Below, piece by piece: positions 36,288 through 50,194 of a stretch of 52,121 nt of DNA. Origin of the DNA: Dimorphilus gyrociliatus (lineage: Eukaryota > Animalia > Annelida); contig CAJFCJ010000060.1 in assembly GCA_904063045.1 (NCBI GenBank), positions 67,228 through 119,348 of the forward strand. The letters are read 5' to 3'. Under the pieces are notes generated by a model, which was not told the origin of the DNA, ran no database searches, and saw only the letters and a program-made list of their open reading frames with translations. The translations under genes were made by a program, and so were the position numbers. The stretch's first letter is position 1. The number at the start of each line of letters is the position of its first letter.

Positions 36288-37065
36288 ACAATGATAAATT
36301 CAATTGTGGCGACCAACTGCAACCTGCTTAGTCATTTATGAAAAACGTATGAAATAGTGAATAATACATTTAAAAATCTAAATTATAGATTGATGAAATA
36401 TGTTATCATGGAATTCTTTGAACCTAACTAATTCATCCTACAATCTTAAATTTGTAATATCCTTTTTCTAGCTGTTCAATTTTCTCAAAATGGCAAAATC
36501 TGTTCAATTATTTCTTACTTAATGACAATAACATCAATTAATTTATCAAAAAAATGAACAGAGAAACTTCGTTAATAAATAAATTTTCATTTGTTGATTT
36601 GAAAGAAAAGAATAATAAAAAACTAATACAGCTGTTAAATAATAGAAATAAAATTTAATATTAATAATTTGATTGATTATTTTGACCATAAACACTAATT
36701 ACATTATTTATATTTTCGTTCTGGAATGATTGATAGAAATGTTGAACAATTGTAAAACTAATATTATGTAATAAGCCTCTTGAATTGCACCTTTACCTTG
36801 GAATGATGATCAAGTAAACATGTAATTCTTTTTATCTTTAACTTTATCTGCACAATTATTGAAAAATATTCTTTGACATTCTAAATTATAAATGAAAAGA
36901 ATGAATACATCAATAGAAACTTATAAATAAACAGAGCTTTGGTTCATTTGCAAGTGACATATTCCATATGAAATTAATATTGAAACATTGGCGCTGTTAG
37001 GAAATGTCCATGAGATTAGCTTAAGAGTAAGGGAAGAGGAGATAGGTAGCAACTAAAGTAATGGT

Positions 37066-37205
37066 TTGGTCAGCATTGATCCTTGGAGGGTAGCATTTCA
37101 TCTGAATGATGGATATTCATTTGTTGTTATGCATAAAATGCATTCAAGTACAATCTTGGTGTGTAGTGTGAGGAATAATAAGAAAAGTTGGCTATCTTGT
37201 ACAAA
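37066..37205 (+). mobile_element. Second FLYWCH (Mutator transposase) remnant
   Basis: HLNDGYSFVVMHKMHSSTILVCSVRNNKKSWLSC, homologous by eye to the 1..378 fragment. Confidence 0.55.
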
Positions 37206-37227
37206 TATATATATATACAGTATATTC

Positions 37228-37273
37228 GAGGTGTTTTCACTAGGGGGAGCCACAAGTCAAAAGATGAAATAAT
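37228..37273 (+). repeat. Shared putative DNA-transposon terminus, copy 2
   Basis: Matches 26499..26543. Confidence 0.7.
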
Positions 37274-37546
37274 ATTTCAAATTTTTACTTTTTGTTGTAT
37301 TGTTCAAATACAAAAAGATTATGACTTTAGGACGAAAATATTAATTACTATAAATCTTTCCCAACTACTTGACCAAATATTGGTTGCATCCCTATCTATA
37401 TTGTTAACCCTTGTGACCTAATCTTTTCCATTAGGCCAAATCGAAACAAAGGTTAATGTTTAAATGCTTATAAAACTGCACACCAGCGATTATTCTACTC
37501 TAAAAATAATGAATAATAAGCAAAGAGATAATTTTTCTTTAAGTTT

Positions 37547-40500
37547 TTATTTAATAATTGTATTCAAATAATTTCCATAAATTTGAATATCATTAAAATT
37601 TAATGCTATTGCATACTGAAATAAATCGTGGTAGTTAATATAGAATTTCCATTTGTTTGAGTTTTGCTACAAAAAAATACAAAAAATGATCAAATAAAAT
37701 ATAAGAGAATCCTATAAAAAAACAAGGAGAAACTAACAGTAAAATAAATATTCAATGTCTTAAGATTACTTTTAAAGTTTAATCCTACTGTTTGAAATTT
37801 TGAAATACAACATATCAATTGTTTTGAAAGTGAAAGTGCCAATGTCAATTTTCTTCTATATTTCAAGTTTCTATTATTAAAATGTTTATAAGTATTAATA
37901 GATGATACATAAACATTATTTGATTTATAGTTCAATAAGAGTTGACAAACTAGACCAAAGGAACAAAAGTTACAATTACATATAGAATAATAAATAAAGA
38001 AAAATAAACAAACATACATTGTGATTGAATTTTTCTTCTTTCTGAATTTAGTAACAATTCTCTATAAAAAATAAAGTTTTTTTTGTAAAATTTAATACAA
38101 AAAAGCTGTTTCTCTAATTTTACAGGTTTGCAGTTTCATTAGCCTTTGAGATTTTTCTATGATATGTCAATGAATTTAGGCAACTAGAAATAGCATAAAT
38201 AATTGCAAGTACTATATGTAACATAAAGACAATGAGGGAATGATAAATATTATGCAATTGGTAAGTATCTTCAATAGATATTATATCTGTAATAGAATTA
38301 AAATGTTAGATTAGGAAGAATATGAAAATTTCAAAAAAAAAAGAAAAACAAATGAAACAAACTTGAGAGAAATATAAAAGTTGAAAAACTGACATTGCAA
38401 ACAGTACTTGGAAATTTTATAAATTGCTTTTGTGTAAATTTTAACATGACTGATAGACAGAAAATGGTACAAAATAGCATTGAAATCAGACAATTGATTG
38501 TAATGAATGAATATATATCTTCAAAAATATTTGTTTTTAAACTTGAAATAATTGGTGTACATAAGACATTTCTTGAAAAGTAAACATCAAATGAAATCAA
38601 TGGAATTAGCGAAATGATTAAAGAGATTATAAAGAAAATGATAGCAATGATATAATATAATGATGTTTTAGTTAAGTATTTATTATGCAAGAAATGGAAA
38701 TAACTGTTTAATAAGATATACTTATTAATTAATATTAATGCTATTAATAGATTTGAATATATAATTGATGTTTTAGCCATTAATCCAAAAAATACGCATT
38801 GGAAGCCTGTTCTCCATTCATAATCGTGATTTATGTAGATACCTCTATATCTGGAATTTGTTGTAACAATCGATAATATATAACTACTCAATATTATATT
38901 TGATATAAAGAATAATTGATAAAATGCTTTTGAAGGCGTTTGATCAAGATTTGAAAGACAAACTGCAAGAAAATTTGCCAACATTCCAACAATTCCTATT
39001 ACCCAGAGTAATAATATTAAATATCGATTATTCAGCATATTTGAACAAGTATAGAGTACATCAGAATTTGGTTGACATTCAGTTAAATCAAATTCAAGTA
39101 AATTAACAAAACAACAAAGTGAATATCTTTGTGAATTTATTACTTGAATAGAAGTTAAATTGCTTAAAAAATCTTTTGATAAAAATAATGGAAGTTTAGT
39201 TTTATTTAAAAATAAATAATTTAAATTAATTAATTTTGATAAAGAATTTTGATGAATTGTTTGAATTTTTGAATTCATAATTTTTAAAATTTCAAGTTTT
39301 ATTAAAAACGATAATTGATATTGATTGATAGTTTCTATATGACTTTTTGATAAATCTAAATATAATAAATTCTTTGACATTTTAAAAAGTAACACTGGTA
39401 TTCTGATTAATGGATTATCACTTAAATCCAAATATTGTAATAATCCATAATCCCATAGACTACTTGATGATAATCTCTTTAATTTATTTTCTTTTAATAT
39501 TAAAATAACTAGATTTTTTGTTGAGAATTGTGGAATTTCTTGAATTTTTCCATTTGTTAATGATAAAAAATGCAAATAGTTTTCCAGCATTAAATTAATT
39601 TCAATAGATTTTGTCTTTGAAATTATTGATAGATAGGTTAATGGAAATTCAAATTTTAATGATAAATAATCAGATTCTTCTTTCATTCTACAATCAATTA
39701 ATGAATATTTTTCGCAATTACAATCCTTTGGGCAATTAGAAATTTCTAATTTATGACAAAATGTTTCATCATTTCCCAATTTACAATCAACTATTCCATC
39801 GCATACTTTATTCAATTCAATAAAAACTGTTTGGTTTTGACAACTAAATGTTGATTGGGGCCTAAAATTTTTACAATTAAATTCATCATCTTCATAATAG
39901 CAATGAATAACACCATCGCAAACATTTCTTATTGATATACAATAATGTTTTTCGTGGCACTGATATTCTCCAATTGAACAAGTTGTATTAAAGCAATTTT
40001 CAATTTCATAGTATGGAAAATTTCTAGCCGTTTGAATTTGATTGAATGAATTATAGTATAATTTACATCTTGTTGGTGAATTTTCACTAGAGTAGTTTAA
40101 AGCTTGTCTAATGTGAAGAGCGGGAAATTCTGTTTTTGTAGTAAAAAATGTTTTTCTTTCTCTTGAAGAAAAAAAAGGCAAAAATTATGTTGTTCAAAAA
40201 AGATGTTGAAAAATTTCCCTCTCACTTTCCATAGATTGATTCAACTACTGATTCACTGTGAAAGGAGTAGATATAAACAAAAATTGATCCAAAAAAATTC
40301 AAATAATAACAATAACAAAAAGAACATACTATCCCCTTTCAATGCAATCTTTCACATACACTTCAGTTTTATTTTCTAAATGACAGTCAGTTTTCAAAAA
40401 GCATTTATCTTTCTCATCCAAACAGTTGTTATTGCAATAATGAGTTCTACATTTCTCTAGTTATTTTTTAATTATGATATTTAATACAAAAATGAAGTAT

Positions 40501-43500
40501 ATTTTAATTTTTTTATCTTCATTTCTTTACCTCTACAAATTTCTCCTTCATCACTACCATCAATACAATTTTTATCATTATTGCATAATTGTTCTTTTGG
40601 TATAAATTGATTATTTTTGCATTCATAACTATTTGCAATATTGATATTTTTTGAAAATATATAATCTATGTTTGTTTGTTTTTTTTAAAAAAAAGAAAGA
40701 ACTGTTTTAATAAGTGTATAAGAATATTTTGTAAGAAAAAACAGAATTACAAAGGTCACCCTAAACAACAAGACTTAACCCAAAATTTCACAACAAACTT
40801 ACCACAATACCATTCATCACTTCCATCGGGACAATCTTTAATATAATTACAAACAAAATTTAACTGTAATTCTGTTTTATCATTGCATTTAAATGTAAAA
40901 TTAGCTTTTTGGCAATTATTTTCATCTGATTTATCCCAACACTCATAAGATCCATCACAGACATTTAAATAGTTAATACAATATTTTGAACTCTGACAAG
41001 TAAATAGCCAATTTGGACATTTTTGAGTTTTATCAATAAATAATCTTGAATACCAAAGTTGTACATTGTTCCTTTCACTATTAACTAACAGAAATATGTT
41101 TTATATATATAAATATAGATATATTCAATTAGGAACAAGTTTTTTTAATTACTTAGTGTTGTCTCGCAGAGAAAATGTGTAAATTTATAATTAGTTTTAG
41201 TTTCACAATCGTATTCTACAAACTTAAGAAAAAAAGTATAAACCAAACATCTTTTACTTTGATAGTTTTTCTTTAAAACTTGATTCACTGTTATTTTAAA
41301 TGTTTTTATTGTATAATTTAATGTAGTTTTATAATATCTGGTACAAGCAAACAAACAAAGTGAATATGTCAGAGTGAATTAATAATAGAAACTCACTCAT
41401 TTAGGTCATATTCTTCTTGATTAATTTCTGAAATGCTTCTTGAATGCATAGCTAATAAATTAACAGAATGAGAATAACGAAAAGGTAAGTATTCAAGATA
41501 TTCTTAAATTTATAAACTTACTTAATGGAGCTATTTTTCTTTGAATTCTATCCTGATTAAGGTAAACATTTTTTGCACTGTATGTTACTATAAGGCGAAG
41601 ATCTGTTAAAATTTGACGTTGTGCCAAACTACTTATTGTTAACAAAGTCATATTAAATCGATTGCAAAGTTGAAAGGCTTGAGAAACATCAATTTGAAAA
41701 GTTCCAAAAAATTTTTCAATATCCAATGGTAAAACTATTTTGTAACATTTTTCATCATATGTTATATAATCTTCAGGGCAATCTATGTATTTTATTAAGT
41801 ATTATTAGTTTATATTGTCTCCCTCTCTCTACTCAAACCGTCTATTTGCCTTTTAGTTAGATAGCAAGTTATTTGTGTTTGTGGATGCATGGAATCTTGA
41901 ATTTCTTCAAATGTACATTGTTCTAATTCTGTAAAGTTTACTGGACAAGCAAGATTAACAGTTCGAACGCGAGGTTTACTAACAAAAAAACTGAATTTAG
42001 CATATTTATATTCAAAATATTGGCAAATTTTCTGAAAATTTCGTTTTTAGAACATTAGAACAGAGAGAGAGAGAGAGAAATTGAACGTTACTTCTACAAA
42101 TCTATTTACAAACCATTTTGACATAACAACTGTTGCCGGCACATTGTATCTAAATATTTTCAATTCGCCTGTCAATTTTTCTGGTTTTTTAGCTGAATTT
42201 TTAAAATGCATTTGTGATCCTTGATCAAGTATAAATATTTCATCTGTTTCAATGTTTTATATATAGAAAATTGATAAATAGACATTAAGAGAAATAGTTT
42301 GCCATTTGTATTTATGACCTGGTTTTCTGACAATTGTATCATTTACACATTCAATTTCGCAAATACTTCGACCAAAATGGTTTAATTGACTACATTCAAA
42401 TATTGAATTACTATCTTTATTGCAGTGAATGGATAAGTATGGTGAATCTAAAAGATATTTAGCTGGGCAGGAAAAGTCAAACTTTTTGTAATTTACATAA
42501 TTAAAATGTTTGCAAATATAATAGCCAACGGAAGGAACATTGTCAGCTTCCAGGTACAGCATACCATATTTTTTGGATAGAAGTCTAGGATAAAAAATAT
42601 TTTTGTCTCTATCTGGATTTCTTTCAGATACAAGAGAATAAATCCTATGATCTAAAAAGTTTTTATCTTTTCCTTCAAATTAATGACAAAGGTATTGATT
42701 AAAATCTCTTTTTTGATTACCTAACATCTCATTTAAACAATAGACTTTCCTGCTTTCATTTCTACTGCTATTAAATCTTCTAATTGTCAAATTTCTTATA
42801 TCTCCATAAAAAGCAAATTTAGGTGTAACATGCTTAAATATCATATCCCATACTATATACAGCTCACGACAAATTTTTGTCAAATTTTCTGACTTGTTTG
42901 GTATATAAATATGAGATCTAGCTTTATATCTCACTTGAACATAAGTAGCAGAAGTTCTTTGAAATAGAACTAAAGAATGAAAAAAAATAAGAGAAAAAAT
43001 AAGTCAGAACAAAAAAGCAGCAAAATATTTAAATATTTTACATGGTATATTCCTTTTATAGCAGCCGATTCTGAATATATCATACTGATGCCAATGTTCT
43101 GTGCATCTACCATAATGTCTTAAAATAAAAAGAAATTGTAAAATTTGTAAAAACTCTTATTTAAATAAAGATTGCTTACATCATCACTTTACCACTGATA
43201 TAGCTATAATAAATATATGAAATCCTTTCCTCTAAAAGAGAGACAAAGTGAAAAGGTGATGTGCTTGATGATAATGCAGAAAAATTGATCATTACTCTTA
43301 AATGTTGTGTATTGATTTGGCACATTTACATTTTGATCAAAATTTGGATTTCTTGAACATAACTTTAAGCCTATTCTATAGAACATGCTGTAAGAGTATT
43401 TATTTGATTCAGTATCTGCTATAACTACAAAAACAGTTGTATTTCTTGATTGTTTAAGCGAATACATAACATTATAAGTGATAATTTGTTCATTTTCAAA

Positions 43501-43650
43501 AACAACATCACCAAATACTAGACTTTTAAAAGAAGAATCCAAAACTTCTCAAGGCAATAATTCACATTTAGAATTTTGAATTATGTTTAACGAAATATAT
43601 TTAAATAATATTGAAATAATTAATATTCTTAAATGATATGAAAAAAACAT
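37547..43650 (-). pseudogene. GRL101/LGR-like receptor paralog 2 (SRCR-like, TSP1-like, CTL-like, LDLa, LRR, 7TM, kinase-like tail), disrupted
   Basis: ATG at 43650 with signal-like sequence, then in-frame TGA at codon 34 (43549..43551); 616-aa ORF 38331..40181 with LDLa, LRRs and TM1-5; TM6/TM7 remnants ILTNCIIFIIP and LFLVA/LNSL broken by a stop and a frameshift; tail exons 38018..38061, 37738..37949 and 37547..37666. Confidence 0.85.
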
Positions 43651-43875
43651 ATTTTCCAAAAAGAGAGCAAAAAATATCTAAGCAGTTGAAGTAGAAAAAC
43701 ATAGATAAATGAACCAGAATTAAAAAAAAACATGACACTTATTTTTTAAATTCAATTATTGTAATTTCTTAAAAACATATTCAAATAAATTCAAATAAAC
43801 TTTTGTATTCCCTTGAGAATTATAATCAATTAACTTTCTCTTTCTCTGTCTGTCTGTTCTCTATGTATTTGTCTG

Positions 43876-44160
43876 TCTATCTATCTATCCATCTATCTAT
43901 CAATTTCTCTTTTTGTCTGTTATTCATTTCATCAATTGCTATAATCAATGAACACTAAATGAACACTAAGAAGAGAATCATGACAAAAAAAGTTGATAAT
44001 TTTTGCATAATATATGAAGAAAAATTAAGATTAGCACAAAAATTTCAATTAAAGATTCATGATTCACTCTTTTCAGAGTCGTAATTTAATTGGAAAAAGA
44101 AAATTATTCTAATGTTCTTTTAAAGGAGAAGAAGAAGAAGAAGAGGAAGAGGAAGAGATA
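43876..44160. repeat. (TCTA)n and (GAA/GAG)n microsatellites in the divergent intergenic spacer
   Basis: tctatctatctatccatctatctatc at about 43876..43901; gaagaagaagaagaagaggaagaggaagag at about 44126..44160. Confidence 0.85.
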
Positions 44161-46906
44161 GAAAAGATTTTTATTCCCTATACATTTTATTTTTTTGAAA
44201 AGTAATGTTGGTTTTTGTCTCCTTTCTCATTATACTTAATGAAATTGAATGTAAATCAAAAAATTTATGTTACTCTGTGAAATATTATCCAAATTATCAT
44301 TACAAAAAATTAACAATGGGAAAAACAATTGAAGACACTCCTTCCAAGATAACAGCTTTTATTGTTTTAAAAAGTAATAGCAAAAGAATTTATAAAATAT
44401 TACCTGATGCAAAATTTTTGAAAAAAAGAAGCAATTATGATATTATTGGAAAGCATGTATGCAAAGCGAATGGATATGATGATATGTTCATGATTATTGA
44501 GAAGCATTTTGAGGAGACAAACAGTAATTGTTTTATTCAATTGATATGACAAAAAAAATGGTACACCAATAGCCATTTTCCGCCATATTTCATTAATGAA
44601 AAAAACTAGATAATATTAAATATCTTTCTGTTTAATTAATTAAAAATTTCATTTAAATAGCTGACAGAGTTGTTAAATTAAAAAGACAAGCAGTATGTTA
44701 AAATTGCCTTTATAATAAAAATAATTTGCTGTTTTAAGTACCATTTATTTTAGTTTTCTTTTGCAGTGGCTAAAAAAAAAAAGGCTTCGAATTTTAAAAT
44801 CTAAAGGTTGTTATTCAAAGACCAACTATAAGCATACATTCAAAATTACTTGTATGAAAATCAACAAAAAATGTAAATGAATTAGAAAAGTCAAAAACAA
44901 AACGACAGTAACCAGTTTAAATTTTCTTTTATTACACTACCAGATTTCTATAGTTGGAAAATAGAGAATATTTTACGCGGCAAAGGTCATTTTAATAATT
45001 CGTAAGATACTTAAGAAGAAAAGGAAAGTTAACTCTTTATTTTACCACCAGGGTATAGAGAAGAGGAAGTAGACCTTGCTGCAGAGAGAAAAAGTTATTT
45101 TATATTTGTAAGATATATGAAAAAAAGTTATCTTTTGGCAAAACACGAGAACATATCTGTAGAAAATATATGCACTAAAAAATATCATTTACTATTCGAT
45201 GGTAGAACGAGTGGATATCCGCGAAAAGGATGTTACTATGGTAACGAGACACATTATCGAATTGATTCCAAAATTTTTATTAAAAATTGCATACCATATC
45301 AAAGATGTGATGAAAATCAGGAAGGTATTTAAAGGTGAATCTATTCACTTTTGCCCCATTAGCTCTTCCTTCCTTTTCTCTAGATATGAACTTAAAAGGA
45401 TATACATTCTTAAAAAGTAGAAAAAACAATAATACTTTCTATCCTCTGATTAATTCAAAAAAATATGGAAGTTTTTCAATTTATCTGTCAGATATGATGT
45501 TAAAAAAATTAACAGAGATTCTATTTTGTAAACATTTGAATTTTACATCAATTAGCAATTATGAAACCTATAACATGAACAAATGTGACTTAGGATTGCA
45601 ATTTACATCAAATGTTAAAATTTTCTCTCTAGATTGTTCTAATGATGTTAAATCATTGGCTGATTGTATTTTTGGTCTAAAATCCTCTACTATTTCTCTG
45701 GCAAAAAGTAGATTATGTGTTATAACTTGTGAAAATAGATATATAGAACAGAAATTTCGCTTTGTACAAAACAATTTGGATATAGTTTATCAACATAGTC
45801 ACAATGGATTATCAAGTGTACGAGGTCATATAGAACTAAACTTTAACAATTTTTGGGTTAATATATTAGTTTCTCCCTTTGCCAGTAGAACATTACAGGT
45901 ATTGAAAATCAATTTTCCCTGACGGTGAAGTATAGGCTTTGGTAAAAATTCATTTTCATTAATCAATGCCAAACTGAAGTTTACCACAAAAAAAAATGAA
46001 AAATAGGGAAAGATGTTGTACAGCATCTAGTATATATATTTAGGATATATAAATCCCAATGGAATATCTTCAACTTTTATTTTGTGAATGAATATGAAAT
46101 TTTTCCAAATCTTATCCAAAACACGTCTATCACTCTTTATTCTTTTTTAGTTAATATATAAAATTATTTAAAAGAATGTTTTTCTTTTGTTTTTTAAACA
46201 GTTAGTCTGTAAATATTTCAACTATAGACATTCAACTTTTCTGTTTCATAATAACAAAAAAGTTAAAAAGCATATTCCATTTCTGATCAATTGCAAAAAT
46301 TGTACCAGTTTAGATTGTTGTGATATTACTGTAGATGTAAAACTGTTAGTTTATAAAAAAGGAGATACTCAATTTGACATATCTTGTCACAATAATGCAG
46401 AAATATCTGATGGTTGGTATTTAGTTTTTTTCACATTTTTTTTTAAAGTTTTAAAATTTTAAAAAAAAAAAAAAAGAAGTTTGTTCTAATGAAAATGATA
46501 TAAAGTATAATGGAAGATGTTATTCTATCCATATATCTGGAAATATATCACATTTGTTTGAATCTTCATTGAATTATAATTATTTTGATGATGTCTACAC
46601 AAGACAACAGATAAATCAAGTTTGCAAGCGAGAAAATAAGATTGTCTTTAGTCCAGATTTAATGACTGAAATATCTTTAATTAATGAATTATTCAAGCTT
46701 TTACTTAAAACATATAGATCTACAGCAGAAATAAATGTTCCATTAGGTAGATTGATCAAAAGATTTCAATGTCAAATAATTTTTCTTTATTTTGACCAAA
46801 AGAATATCTTGTGCCCAGAGAAATAAGCGGAATGTTTGGCTACCTTCGATTAGAGTAAAGTTATTGATAATATAAAATATATAAGGGTTTAACAGGGAAA
46901 AAAAAG

Positions 46907-47112
46907 GGATGTTGTTGAAAACGCCCACAGTTTTACAGTTTTACCCTAACCCTAACCCAGCCCTGGACCCTGTTTTTAGGGCTTTATTGTTCCTAAACCT
47001 TAGTTTGGACCCACCTAATTACAAACCAATTGCTTAAATACTTTTCCTAACCTAATCCCAACCCAAAATCTTACCCCAAAAATACACCAAAATGGGCGTT
47101 TTCAACAGCCCC
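46907..47112 (+). mobile_element. Diverged third member of the 207-bp MITE family, in an intron of receptor paralog 3
   Basis: 206 bp; inverted ends GTTGAAAACGCCCA / TGGGCGTTTTCAAC; shares TTTTACCCTAACCCTAACCCAGCCCT with copy 1; flanks AAAAAAAAG / CCAAAAAAG could be a degraded 9-bp TSD. Confidence 0.7.
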
Positions 47113-50100
47113 CCAAAAAAGAGCATCCCACTGTTGGGGTCAACAACATCCGAAATGTTTTATTGAACTGATCAATGTTACGGTTTTTCATATCTTTTTT
47201 TCATACCAATGGGGATGGTTTTATTTCCTAATCCTATAATTTCTTATCAACTTTTTGATATTATAGAGAATTTACGGAAGCAAAGACAATTGCTCTTACT
47301 GGAATAGAATACCATTTTCGCAATCTCGACAAGTCGAGAGCAAACGAAAACCGCTTTCATATGAATGCTTTAATATCTAAGAGTATAAACTGTAAGGATG
47401 ACAATGAATTGAAATTTTTGGTGTGCGAACAGTCGCTTTGTAACTAGACAAACAAAACTTTATTAATCTTCATTTTAAATATTCTGTTTTAATCTTCCAG
47501 ATAACCAGAATAAGAACACTGAATGGAATTACAATGTATTATCTTTACCAGAATCCTCTAATTGTCCTTTAGAACTTTTCACTTGTCAAACGTACAAGTT
47601 TTGCGTAAGTATGCTAGATATTTGTGATGGTGACAATGATTGTTACGACGGAAGCGATGAGAGAGATTGTTTAAGCATGTACAAGTTTGTTTGTAAAAGT
47701 GGACAACAAATATCTGCCCAATTTGTGTGTGATTTTTCTGCTGATTGCGATGATAAATCTGATGAATTAAACAGTAAAAGAAATTACCAAAACAGTCATC
47801 TTACTACAAATCAGTAAATGTTTTTTTAATTAAAAAATAACTAATCATTAATCATATCCTTATCTTATCAAATAGATTATTTATATGCCAAAATGGTCAA
47901 AAGATACCGAAAATCTACGAATGTAATAATGTTAGAAATTGTTATGACAATAGCGATGAAAGTAGTCAATGCGAAGGTTTTTGAATAAAATATCTAGTAT
48001 ATCCATGACCTAATTCTGTTTAATAGAAAGATGCGAGACTGGCACATTTTGTGAAAATTACTGTGTGCGAAAAGAATTTAAATGCGATTTTCATCCTGAC
48101 TGCACTGATTTATTAGATGAAAGTGTAGTTAAATGCGATGATCGAAGTTTATATACTGAACAATTCTTGGAGAGAATTAAAAAACTTCCACCAACAACTG
48201 CCTATTGTACATTGGAATACGATTCATTTGGGAGGATAGTAACAAGGGCCGGATTCCCTTTGTATCAATTAAGTCATTGCGCAAATGTCACATGTAAAAT
48301 TGGAGAATATAAATGTCAAAAAAAAGGTTTTTGTATCCCTTTGGATAAAGTTTGTGACAAAGTATTCCATTGTTTGGAAGGAGATGATGAAATAAATTGC
48401 GGTATTGTATTATTATAGGCCTATTCTATTTAAAATCGTGTCAATAAATGTATATAGAAACATTTCGACCACATGCAACATTTCTTTGTAAATACGATAA
48501 TATTTTTCTAAATTTGAGTAAAGTTTGCAATGGAATTCTTGATTGTAAAAGTGGTCATGATGAAATATTTTGCTATAATTATGCTGAAATAAAATGCCCA
48601 AATTTATGTAATTGTCAAACTTTAGCAACAATTCAATGTTCAAATAGAAATGGTTATAAATTGAATGAAATCAAATTTAATTTTGGTATGAGAAAACTAA
48701 TTATAATAGAATTTTTTGGAGAAATATCTATATATCTAATGGAAAGTTTAACATGAACACAATTAATTTATCAAAGTAGTAATATTGAAAAAATTCCCAA
48801 GTTAACAACATTAAATCTGATAGTATTGAATTTAAGAAACAATAGTATAAAACAATTAACAGCAACAGATCTTGAAAATTATGAATCACTCCAAAATTTT
48901 GATATAAGTGAAAATTTATTTGATAAAATTCCAACTGAATTTTTTTCACCAACAATAAATATAATTTTTTTAAATTTAACAAAAACAAAATTAACAATAA
49001 TTGATAATGAAATATTCAGTTATTTAGTCAATTTAAAGACATTAGAAATGATGAATTGCAAATTGAAAACTGTTAGTAGTAGTCCATTTGAAAAATTAAT
49101 AAAATTAGAAAATTTATATTTGATGAATACAAAATTACCAAAAATTTTAAATTTAAATATGATAAGAAATTTGAAATCATTAAAAAGATTATATTCTGAA
49201 AGTTTTCTTTTATGTTGTATGGCAAAAAAGTTCAAGTCAGAAAATAAAGTGGACTGTATACCAGACAAATCTGTCATTAAAATATGCAAAGATTTAATTG
49301 GATCTCAATCATTGAGGATTGTAATATGGATTATTATATTTTTGGGTTTACTTGGAAATTCTTTAGCCCTATATATACAATTGAAATCTTTTAAACCATC
49401 TTCAATATTCTACCTATTTCTTCATAGTTCTGATTTATTATTTAGTTGTTATCTCACAGCTATTGGTATAACTGATTTATACTATAAAGGCAATTATATT
49501 GAACATGATACTGATTGGAGATTTGGTCCTTTATGCACAATTTGATTTCAATATCTATATCACTGGCTCCTTACTTTCTATTTGAGGTAAGAATAAAAAA
49601 ATATACATGCATTTTCAAGTTCTTATTGTAGTTGTTGTTTGCTGTAGTTGTTTACTTCTTTTAGGATTATTTCTCAAGATCTGTTGTTTGCTTCTCACTT
49701 CACATTACATCAGAAAGAGCAAATGGATGGCAATATTCATTTGCAACTTTTAGCCCCCTAACATTTTTCCAATTGATAATTATAATATATTTTTATATTG
49801 AAATAACAAGGGAAATTTGGAAATCAAAAGATATTAATAGAAGCCAATTTAGAAAAAGAATACTAAATATCATAAAGACAAGTTTGATAATTGTTTTAAC
49901 AAATGTTGTTTGTTTTATTCCCATTTCAATTTTAGGTTAGTTTTGTATTTCTTTCATAAAAACTGGTAATACAAAGTCTTTTCTGTTCTTTTTTTTAAAC
50001 TAGGATTTGTGGCTTTGGATATTAATCATCAATTAGATGAAGGATACTATCCTTGGTTTATTATACTGATTGTACCATTAAACTCTCTCTTTAATCCATA

Positions 50101-50194
50101 TATCTATTGTACAGCAACACTAATAGAATTTTTGAGACAAAAAATCAAAAAAAGGCTTAATGCTGTCAACATTTTGTAAATATTATTTTTCCAT

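Noticed and set aside
47324-47339. Helitron 3' hairpin (TCTCGAC-AA-GTCGAGA)
   Set aside because: No CTRR terminus at the expected distance and no second copy in the window.
43549-48756. TGA recoding or an alternative genetic code to explain in-frame TGAs
   Set aside because: Trp is encoded by TGG in the intact ORFs, the methyltransferase ends in TGA, and the same genes also have deletions and frameshifts.
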